From the NCBI GenBank assembly GCA_965223265.1, contig OZ244999.1:256001-320000 (forward strand): DNA of 64,000 bases. The letters run 5' to 3'. A program made the translations under genes and the position numbers. Below the pieces are notes generated by a model that had not been told where the DNA came from, made no database searches, and saw only the letters and a program-made list of their open reading frames with translations. Below, piece after piece: positions 56,528-64,000 of the stretch; within the stretch, counting starts at the first letter, position 1; each line of letters begins with the position of its first letter. This DNA is from Planctomycetota bacterium (GTDB taxonomy: Bacteria; Planctomycetota; UBA8108; SXIK01).

Positions 56528-58825
56528 TCAAGTCACGGGCACAAGGAGGTGTCGTACTCCGACGGGCATGAACTCTCGGAAGCGGATCGTTAGGTTGCGA
56601 TAGCTATGCGATTGAAGGAGGAATCCGAACGCTCCCATCGCGTCGTCATCGGGTCCGCGTTCACGAATACGAAAGTCGGTTGTCCGGGCGAGCTGCCCGT
56701 ACGCTGGATTCAAGAAACGCTCGCTCACAAACCGTAGGTGAACGTTGCGATCTCGCGTCACGCACGCATGGTTCTGCGGTAGCCTGTTGTTATTTCCAGA
56801 AAACGTGCTGAACTTGATGCAGCCCCATTGATTGTCATGGACTTCGAGTGCATGGACGAAGATCCCACCACTGCCGGAGAGTCGATGGGCTCGCACGCGT
56901 CCGAAGAACGTGACGCCCTGAACATGTGTCTCTGCTGACCAGGATGAATCTTCGGGATCCACGGCGCCCGCCAGAGCGAACTTCGCGTCGGAATGGTTAA
57001 CGCTGACACCACTCCCGCCGTCAACAATCGATTCGCGTATGTCGATCTTATAGCTTCGTTCGAGTCGAAGAGATCCGGTGATCGAGCGCCGTATGCGAAT
57101 CTCGGGAGTCTGATCGAAAGCGATTTCTTCGTCAGGGTCGGTGAATCCGTAACTCTCGTGCAGCCGCAGCGCTAGCGAGCTGTCAGCGGGGCTGCCATCG
57201 AGGTTCTCGTACCCTCCAGGGTCGAGAGTTGTACCGTCGAGTTCGAGGGCGTGGACAGCGACTCGAGCGATCAAAGGAACGGTTGACGGAAGCGCTACGT
57301 CACGTGTGACGAAGAGACCTTCGAGTTTCACGGTCTGCGATGCGTTTTCCGCAACCGACGGTCGAAACCTTAGGGGCTTCGTGAGACGCAGAATCGGGCG
57401 CTCATTGTCCGCCGCGCGAATGGTGAGCGAGTGGGTCAGCGCAAGATTCGGGCCGCCGTCCTCGTCCACGGTTCCTGAGACGGCTGCAAGGTCAAGTTCA
57501 TGGACCAGGCTATCTGTAATCTCGACGACTCGTTGCCCCGTTGCCGTCGCCAGATCTGCCAAAGCCTCCGCGACGCTATTGTGACTTCCCGGGACGCGGC
57601 GTACGTCTGCGTCTTCAGGATTCGGTGGGCGCGATAGTGGGTGAGCGCCGACCTCGCCGACTGCGCCGTAGGTATAGCTGATTCTCAAGTGCGATATGAG
57701 TGCGTCGCGCTGCACCGCTGAATCGACACCGATCGCGAGGCGGCCATGATCGGGGTCGATCGCGACTTCCAGAGCCTTCAACGGTTGACCGAGCCCATCC
57801 TGCCAGGCACAAAGGTTCGCTCCACGAAAAGTCCAAGCCGAGGCGTCGAATGGCTGAAACTCGGATTCTGGGACGTGGAGATGGAGACCGACGTCGCCAC
57901 GAAGGTTGCCATCCTCCTCGTCGATGACAGGGGCGCCCGTTGGGTCGTACGTGTCGATGCGAATGTAAGCCTCCGGGTTTCCCGCCGGCGACCCTGTCGT
58001 CAATCGTGCCCTCGGCATAGGCCCTGGTGATCGGTCAATTGCCGCCAGGTTGCCGAGTGAGTCGCGGTTTCGCCCGGCACGGTTGAAGAGGCGTAAAGGG
58101 CGCCCAAGCGGATCGACATCGAAGCGGGCGACGAACGCCGCCGCTCCGGCTTCCGAAACTTCAACGGAGCCACGTTCGACCGGACGCGCCGCACGCACCT
58201 TGTATGCTTCGAGGCGCCAGAGAAAAATCGCCAGATTGGGGATGTTGTAACGAAGCGCGCCTTCGACTGGTGTACGCACGTCCGCGAAGTGTGCGTACGG
58301 ATCGAATGGCGAGCCGATCAGCGCCATTGTTGCGGGGTCGCGGACGGTCGCTGTGCCGCCACGTGGAACCGTGAAGCGATCTACGTCTTCCTGAGCGAGG
58401 GGAGGATTCCCGCCGGCGTCCGGCCTCTGGTGGTTCAGGTGCTGCGCCCACACGACGTTTTTGCGCAGCTCGACGGCGTGGGTATGCCATTGCGTGAGGT
58501 TGGAGGTCAGTTCCTCGATCGCGGAAAGCGTTCCCTTGCGCCGGCGGAGTTTTATTGTGTCAGCGACGTCGCGGCGAAGAGTGGCAGCTTGACCACTGAG
58601 GTGTGAAGAACCGACGAGATCGGCAAGATACGGGATGACCCAGTCGTCGCACGTTTCTATGAAAAAGTCGTGGTAGAGCCCTTCGATGTTGGCGTGAACT
58701 TCAGACCACACCTCCTCGATGATGGAGAGGTACGCTGCCAGTGGCTTTGGTCCGGTCTCTTCTGCATCGCGAATGCGGTAGATCTCTGGCAGTCGGTCGT
58801 AGAGAGGGACGCGCTTATCGCTCAT
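56528..58825 (-). CDS. Phage tail protein I-like baseplate wedge protein (eCIS)
   Basis: LYDRLPEIYRIRDAE, LYHDFFIETCDDWVIPYLADLVG, RRDVADTIKLRRRKGT; C-terminal FVSERF.PAYGQL...MGAF...EFMPVG. Start at ATG 58825; the track start 59011 lies inside the upstream gene. Confidence 0.85.
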   Translation of the reverse strand: MSDKRVPLYDRLPEIYRIRDAEETGPKPLAAYLSIIEEVWSEVHANIEGLYHDFFIETCDDWVIPYLADLVGSSHLSGQAATLRRDVADTIKLRRRKGTLSAIEELTSNLTQWHTHAVELRKNVVWAQHLNHQRPDAGGNPPLAQEDVDRFTVPRGGTATVRDPATMALIGSPFDPYAHFADVRTPVEGALRYNIPNLAIFLWRLEAYKVRAARPVERGSVEVSEAGAAAFVARFDVDPLGRPLRLFNRAGRNRDSLGNLAAIDRSPGPMPRARLTTGSPAGNPEAYIRIDTYDPTGAPVIDEEDGNLRGDVGLHLHVPESEFQPFDASAWTFRGANLCAWQDGLGQPLKALEVAIDPDHGRLAIGVDSAVQRDALISHLRISYTYGAVGEVGAHPLSRPPNPEDADVRRVPGSHNSVAEALADLATATGQRVVEITDSLVHELDLAAVSGTVDEDGGPNLALTHSLTIRAADNERPILRLTKPLRFRPSVAENASQTVKLEGLFVTRDVALPSTVPLIARVAVHALELDGTTLDPGGYENLDGSPADSSLALRLHESYGFTDPDEEIAFDQTPEIRIRRSITGSLRLERSYKIDIRESIVDGGSGVSVNHSDAKFALAGAVDPEDSSWSAETHVQGVTFFGRVRAHRLSGSGGIFVHALEVHDNQWGCIKFSTFSGNNNRLPQNHACVTRDRNVHLRFVSERFLNPAYGQLARTTDFRIRERGPDDDAMGAFGFLLQSHSYRNLTIRFREFMPVGVRHLLVPVT

Positions 58826-61565
58826 CGCCGCACGCTCCTTCGCTTGTGAGCGACGCCACGGAACGCAGCTGCACGACATCGGCGCCAGGGCGCGAATAGA
58901 GCCGCAGCACGTGATCGGGATCTGCGGGTGAGACCTTCTCCGATCGCCCAGTTGTGAATGGCCCGGCAAGAGCCGTTGGGTCGTTTGTCGTGCCCAGCGA
59001 GCCAAAGGCAACGACGCGTGCCCATGAGACGCCCTCGACGTTTTGAAGTCGTCCTTCTATTTGCGTCGCGTAGACCGTCGCACCGAGTCCGAGCTGGCGC
59101 AGAGAAAAGAGTCCGCTCGAGCCATCGATACCTTCTGACTCATAGCCAGTAACGCCTAGTGCTTCGAGAAGAGCGCGGCGAACGTCGTCTTCACGCCGGC
59201 CAGCTTCAATCGAGAATTCGACGTCGACATGAACGTATTCGAATCTCGCCAATCGCACTGCGACAGCAAACCGATCAGCTCCGCGGCAGACACTTGCGGT
59301 CCGCAGAGAATTCTCAATTTTTTTTCGAATTTCCTCGCCCGGGGTGGCCACAAGCGCAGCGACCCTGAGTGTCGGAACGCCGTCAACGATCGCCCAGCGC
59401 GCCCGTGCCAACAACACTCCTGCAAAACTCGCTGTTTCGCGTTCGTAATCTTCGATGCTGACGAGACGATCGAGGCTTTGAACTTTCCCAGGAGCGGCGA
59501 AACGAGCGCTGGCAGCGTCCTCTGAGTCGTCGCCGCCGGAAACGGCACCAATGAGATGAATGGAATCGATCCCCTGACGTCGCGCTTTGGCGCTGACTTT
59601 CGTGCCTTCCTGGAGCTCGCCTCGGGCGCCGTTGCCGGTCCGGTACACTGCAACGACATTACGAATCCCTGACGGTAGACGGGAGCCGGTCTTGCCATCG
59701 CCAAACTGCACGTAGCTCTTTCCCTCCGGGTCCTCACGAACGACGTAGATCTCGTCACCGGGTCCGTGCCCAAAAAAGGATTCGACGCGCCCCCAACTGC
59801 GGCCTTCCACATAGACCGTCAGTGCGGGCACCTGCGGCGGAGTGGCATCCGAGTCGTAGTGGTACGTGAGCGGCGCCTTCGGGAGCGCGAACGTCTGAAA
59901 CGTCGCCTGGGCGTCCCCGTTTCCCAGCACTGCTTCCCTCTCCCCCTTGCCTTGATCTGCTCCGACAAGGTTGCCGAAGATCTCGAACTCTGGACCGTTC
60001 AGGGGAAAGTACTCATATTCGACCTTAACGTTGAGCGTTAGAGTGTGAAAGGCCTCGCGGCCGGAAACAGCGGTGTCATCCACCGCAACATCGGTAACAC
60101 TCGCCACGACTGGATCGTTCCCCGCTCGTTGCCAAGAGATCTGCCTTCCATCGAGCGCGTGCGCCGCTTCCGCGCTACCGAAGTAACGCAGCGTATAGCC
60201 AGAGGAGGGCGCCTCAGTTTCCTTCGCGATCGTTCGGAGCGGTGGACTGATGATCTCATGCACCTGGATCGATCTGATGTCCGCTTTTGCTCCGGCACTG
60301 TCTTCTAGCGCCGCATTGATCTTCAAACGAGTTGAGGCACCGCTGATCGCACCCCATCGCATCGAAGACGCGTTGAGTTTGAGCACGTCGCGGATCATCA
60401 TGAGTGGCCGAAGAACGGGCGGAGACTTTATCGAACCTCGGAATGCGCTCGTGGCATCGATGCTCGATGAAGATTTTGTTGCAGCCGCTAAAGCCTTTTT
60501 CCCTGTCTCTTTGAAGAGTCGTTCGTCGAGCGCGGTAGCGGTCCGTTGACCCACAATCTCCACCGGAACGGACGCAATGAGAGCGATCGCAACCTGACTG
60601 CCGACTGAGAGGTCGTCCACTTCCACGTCCAGCGGGATTTCGTCTGCGGCGATTTCTGGGTCGATATAGGCGCTATGAGTCGTCTTTCCGGACAACTCCC
60701 GTTTGTAGCTAATCACCGAACCGCTCGCCTGGGTGCCGACGAGAGTGACGAGCTGCAGCGGAGCGTTGTGGCCAAAGTGGCGGAACGTGCGACCAATTTT
60801 GAAGGCAACGACCTCCGCAGCAGGTTGCTCAAGAGAAAGCGAACCGCGGAAGGAAACGATCTGTCGGCCATGGACTGTGTGCGCCTGTTCGACGATGACG
60901 ACCTGCGAGTCGAGAAGGTTTTCAACGCCTTCAAGCGTCTGCGAACTCGGCACTCGGCCAACGAGAAGTCGATCTTCGGATGCGAGCTCGACGTCGGTTT
61001 CGATCACAAGCTCGCCCGAGTAACATGGCGCTATGTTGCGCGGTTCAACGGGGCGGTAGAGCGCAAAGCGGCTGAGTGCTGGGTGAACGATCAGACTCTC
61101 GCTGGTTTGGAAGACCGCGGGGAGCTCAGAATCTTCAAGCTGAGCTTCGACAGGGAAGCCAGTTGGCACCGTAATCGGTTCGTCACCGCGTGTTTCGAAA
61201 GCGAAGAGACCGTTCCCACCGAGTCCTGCCGACAACCGGTAGCCGAGCAGGCGAACGAGATCGCTAACGCTTTCGCGCATCGCTGCGGTGCGTAGAAAGG
61301 CTTCGTTGGCATGGACTTCTTGATACAGAGTCAGGATGTCGCCTAGAATCGAAGCGCCTTCCAACAAGGCGATACCAGGGTCGTCCGCGCCGCGGTAGGT
61401 CCACGTTGCCAGCGCGGAACTTTTGTCAAGCGCGTGCAGGAGTGCGGCTCGGAAATCACCGTAGCTGCCGATACGGTACGCGATTTTCGACAACGCTGGG
61501 CGGTTCGTGATGGTCACCGGGAAGCGCAGGGGAAGCGAACAGCGAGCGTCTTCGAGTCTTTTCAT
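58815..61565 (-). CDS. Baseplate J/gp47-like protein (eCIS)
   Basis: NRPALSKIAYRIGSY, DDPGIALLEG.SILGDILTLYQE..ANEAFLRTA, LGNGDA...QTFAL, VQFGDGKTGSRLPSG, YRTGNG, RLVSIEDYE. Confidence 0.88.
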   Translation of the reverse strand: MKRLEDARCSLPLRFPVTITNRPALSKIAYRIGSYGDFRAALLHALDKSSALATWTYRGADDPGIALLEGASILGDILTLYQEVHANEAFLRTAAMRESVSDLVRLLGYRLSAGLGGNGLFAFETRGDEPITVPTGFPVEAQLEDSELPAVFQTSESLIVHPALSRFALYRPVEPRNIAPCYSGELVIETDVELASEDRLLVGRVPSSQTLEGVENLLDSQVVIVEQAHTVHGRQIVSFRGSLSLEQPAAEVVAFKIGRTFRHFGHNAPLQLVTLVGTQASGSVISYKRELSGKTTHSAYIDPEIAADEIPLDVEVDDLSVGSQVAIALIASVPVEIVGQRTATALDERLFKETGKKALAAATKSSSSIDATSAFRGSIKSPPVLRPLMMIRDVLKLNASSMRWGAISGASTRLKINAALEDSAGAKADIRSIQVHEIISPPLRTIAKETEAPSSGYTLRYFGSAEAAHALDGRQISWQRAGNDPVVASVTDVAVDDTAVSGREAFHTLTLNVKVEYEYFPLNGPEFEIFGNLVGADQGKGEREAVLGNGDAQATFQTFALPKAPLTYHYDSDATPPQVPALTVYVEGRSWGRVESFFGHGPGDEIYVVREDPEGKSYVQFGDGKTGSRLPSGIRNVVAVYRTGNGARGELQEGTKVSAKARRQGIDSIHLIGAVSGGDDSEDAASARFAAPGKVQSLDRLVSIEDYERETASFAGVLLARARWAIVDGVPTLRVAALVATPGEEIRKKIENSLRTASVCRGADRFAVAVRLARFEYVHVDVEFSIEAGRREDDVRRALLEALGVTGYESEGIDGSSGLFSLRQLGLGATVYATQIEGRLQNVEGVSWARVVAFGSLGTTNDPTALAGPFTTGRSEKVSPADPDHVLRLYSRPGADVVQLRSVASLTSEGACGDER

Positions 61566-64000
61566 GCCCGTCCCCCCAGCGGTTCAAACGTGATGGAGCC
61601 TTGCTCCATGTGATCGGGATCGTTCCTGACCTGAAGGATCTCGTTTGGGCCGAACTGCAGCACGTCCGCTGTACCGACTGATTGTTCGTCGAAGCGGCGC
61701 ATGGAGACGCTGATGACGTGGTGAACTCCCTCGATTCTGTGAACGCGTCCGATGATCTGGCTCTTTTGGAGTGGCTGTCCAAACGTCCAGCGATCGGGGT
61801 GGAAGAATCCCAGATCGCCGTTCGAGGTGTAGGCATCAGAGAATTCTTCGAGCAGGAGGAAGCGGATGTCCTCCGGCCATACATCCGAACGAACACACAA
61901 CGAGATGGTGATCGTTAACGGGACGAAACGCGCCTGACGGATCTCGATGTCGTCACCGATCAGGCGAACGGATTCGAGCTTGGCTGCGATGTCGTGGCGC
62001 AGGTCATCACCGAGGTCGTGTCGACCGAGCGGATCGATGGCGATTCGTACGGCGCGCCAGCTCCCGGTCCACGCGTAGCTCGCCGCGGCGCGTGATACGC
62101 CTGGAACCTCTTCAGCACGGGCGCGGTAGTCACCGAGACTCACTGCACGAAGCTGCCGGCTTTTCCACGCTTCTACGGCGTTGCGGACGATTTCCTGAGG
62201 TGGCTCCGCAGCACGGCCATCGGTGATGTCGAAGGGGTTGCGTACTGCCTCGACTTCTGGGTGTGCGGAGCTGTCGAAATGCACAAGTCGATCGGCTCCG
62301 ATGTTCCCGTCAGGTCCGAAGCCCGTTTGATACTTGCAGAGAACCTCGGCATTGTCGGGAAGCTCTCGACCCAACACACCGTTTCCAAAGCGCACAACGC
62401 TACTTCGGTTTTCGTCAGTCTCAACCGCAAAGTTGGTTGCGCTCTCGTCGCTGTGGACAAGGCTAGAAACTTCTTGCCACTCATCTTCAACCGTGTCGGC
62501 CCTAACAGTGATAGAGAGTGTCGATTCTGGTGGTACTTCGCTGGCCCGCGTGGGGTCACGGACCCTACGATAGAGAAGCGGCGTGCTGCGGGGCAATCTA
62601 CAGAGCACGGAGCGCGTACGCGAGGGCTTCCAACTTCCGAGCACGTCGGATTGCGGATCCGTAGACCTCTCATAGTGAAACTCGCCGGCGTTCAGCCTTT
62701 CGCTCGGTTCCTTGAACGTGACGCGCACTTCTTCGCCCTGGGTTGTGCGCGCCAAGTTACCGTGAAAAAGGAAGACTCCGTCGACGGTCGATCCGTCGTC
62801 TAAGTTGGCGACCGCACAAAAGTCCCACGCTAGTGCATCTTCACTGCGCCAACGAACGCGGACAAACCACCCGTCTGCGACATCAGGGAGTGCCGGATCT
62901 CGCATCACGGTGGCTGACGGTTCGAGTTGCACGATTTGCCGTTTATTGATGTTGTGTCCACTTGCCGCGCCGGTAACCGGGCTTCTGTGCTCCTCAATGA
63001 GAAACCTCGAAGCGATACGCTGGTCGATGAGATGTTGAATCGCCAGGGCCGTCGCTTCATCGACCATCGCGATGTCGGCCGTTATGCTCCCCGCCGCAAG
63101 TCCTGGTCGGGCACCCTGCCACGTGTAGAGTTCCAAGCTGTTCAGGAGATGGTGGAGGGTTGCAGCCTCTTGTGTCGTGAACACTATGCGGCGGTCGTTG
63201 TCGATGGTAGCGGAAGCCCATGTCTCGAATCCTGCTTCGAGAGTAAACTGAGCGCCATGAGCGACGGTGAGCGCGAGCCATGTGCTTGCTTGATTCCCTT
63301 CGTCGATGTGGTAGTCCATGAGTCGTGCATGTCGAGCAAGCGATACGCGCTTCCGTGCCCGGCCGAGGTAAGCTTCCGCCATGACACGGTCCTGGAAATC
63401 GCTCAGTTCATCAGCGGAGGCGCTGAAGAGATTGATCAGTACCTGAGTCATGTCAGTTTCGCTCGTTGGCTCCCAACCGGGAACACGGGTGCGAAGCGCC
63501 GTGACGAGCGTATGGCGAAAGGACTCAAAGTCTTTGGCCAGATAGTCGATCGGAACTGACGGCGGAGGCGGCTGTGGCTTGGCGTGCTGCGGGGCGCAGT
63601 CAGTCGTGAAACATCCCGGTCGGAACTTGAAGCGTATCTCGCTAAAGACTGGGTCGATATCCTCAAACTGTACTTCGAGTGTGTACGTGGAGTAATCGCC
63701 GATGCGATTCGTCTGGAGTCTCAGGATTCTCGGCTCGCTGCCGGTTTGGATGGCCGCTACGTTGACGTCCTCATCGCGCGGTCCGCCTCGCACGCGATGA
63801 CCACCGCGCACAGGAAAAACCTCCTTCGCATCGGTGCCACTGGCGAATGCATTGACAATATCGTCCAGGCGGCTCGAGTTATGGAAGTAAACGTCCAGCG
63901 TCGCGAAGGGCTCACTCGGGTTGACAAGAACGAAGTCAATCCCGTTGCGCGTTCCGAGGTTGTTCGCACGCTCGCGCAATTGTTCTTCGTCGATAAGAAC
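61562..64000 (-). CDS. Baseplate J/gp47-like protein (eCIS), 5' end outside the window
   Basis: Frame is open to the window edge (VLIDEEQLRERAN); NGIDFVLV, IDYLAKDFESFR, ADELSDFQDRV..EAYL.ARKRVSLARHARLMDY, RFGNGVLG, RAVSLGDY, WTGSW, FFHPDRWTFG. Confidence 0.88.
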   Translation of the reverse strand, partial: VLIDEEQLRERANNLGTRNGIDFVLVNPSEPFATLDVYFHNSSRLDDIVNAFASGTDAKEVFPVRGGHRVRGGPRDEDVNVAAIQTGSEPRILRLQTNRIGDYSTYTLEVQFEDIDPVFSEIRFKFRPGCFTTDCAPQHAKPQPPPPSVPIDYLAKDFESFRHTLVTALRTRVPGWEPTSETDMTQVLINLFSASADELSDFQDRVMAEAYLGRARKRVSLARHARLMDYHIDEGNQASTWLALTVAHGAQFTLEAGFETWASATIDNDRRIVFTTQEAATLHHLLNSLELYTWQGARPGLAAGSITADIAMVDEATALAIQHLIDQRIASRFLIEEHRSPVTGAASGHNINKRQIVQLEPSATVMRDPALPDVADGWFVRVRWRSEDALAWDFCAVANLDDGSTVDGVFLFHGNLARTTQGEEVRVTFKEPSERLNAGEFHYERSTDPQSDVLGSWKPSRTRSVLCRLPRSTPLLYRRVRDPTRASEVPPESTLSITVRADTVEDEWQEVSSLVHSDESATNFAVETDENRSSVVRFGNGVLGRELPDNAEVLCKYQTGFGPDGNIGADRLVHFDSSAHPEVEAVRNPFDITDGRAAEPPQEIVRNAVEAWKSRQLRAVSLGDYRARAEEVPGVSRAAASYAWTGSWRAVRIAIDPLGRHDLGDDLRHDIAAKLESVRLIGDDIEIRQARFVPLTITISLCVRSDVWPEDIRFLLLEEFSDAYTSNGDLGFFHPDRWTFGQPLQKSQIIGRVHRIEGVHHVISVSMRRFDEQSVGTADVLQFGPNEILQVRNDPDHMEQGSITFEPLGGRA

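Noticed and set aside
58826-59011. Track N-terminal extension of the tail-I-like gene
   Set aside because: It lies inside the baseplate J gene; family-like sequence begins at MSDKRVPLYDRLP.
52559-64000. Prophage tail region or T6SS
   Set aside because: No head, packaging, lysis, integrase or TssJLM genes in view; DUF4157/DUF6519 and double baseplate J favour eCIS. The upstream part is unseen, so this is not fully excluded.
1-64000. tRNA, rRNA, IS elements, integrase or att sites bounding the accessory region
   Set aside because: None recognised by eye; tRNAscan-SE, Infernal and ISEScan would be needed to exclude them.

Overview
GC-rich bacterial DNA. DUF1501 genes, a DUF1549/DUF1553 planctomycete cytochrome c gene, Tat-exported Gfo/Idh/MocA oxidoreductases and a heme/PQQ-type dehydrogenase point to Planctomycetota (inference; PVC relatives not excluded). 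About 1-33 kb holds metabolic and regulatory genes: a DUF1501/PSD1 cluster, an SPFH protein, a metallohydrolase fusion, a KDG-like kinase, a BlaI-BlaR1-PDZ-lipoprotein unit with two visible operators, an H-NOX plus HNOBA hybrid kinase pair, an imuA-imuB-dnaE2 cassette with a CGAAC-N4-GTTCG box, REP-like repeats and an LCIB/theta-carbonic-anhydrase-like gene. About 33-45 kb looks accessory: three TIR-domain genes (one fused to a SAM methyltransferase), a PGDYG-like protein, a lipoprotein with an unannotated 52-aa partner ORF, and a sigma54 activator/wHTH/LuxR module with a candidate enhancer and -24/-12 promoter. About 45-64 kb (minus strand) is the distal end of a probable extracellular contractile injection system (eCIS): two baseplate J-like genes, a tail protein I-like gene, a frameshifted DUF6519 beta-helix fibre gene and two DUF4157 cargo proteins, one with a nuclease-like toxin tip and one with a second HExxH plus a beta-barrel-like C-terminus. 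No rRNA, tRNA, CRISPR array, integrase or transposase was recognised. All family assignments come from motif recognition by eye; no database searches were run.
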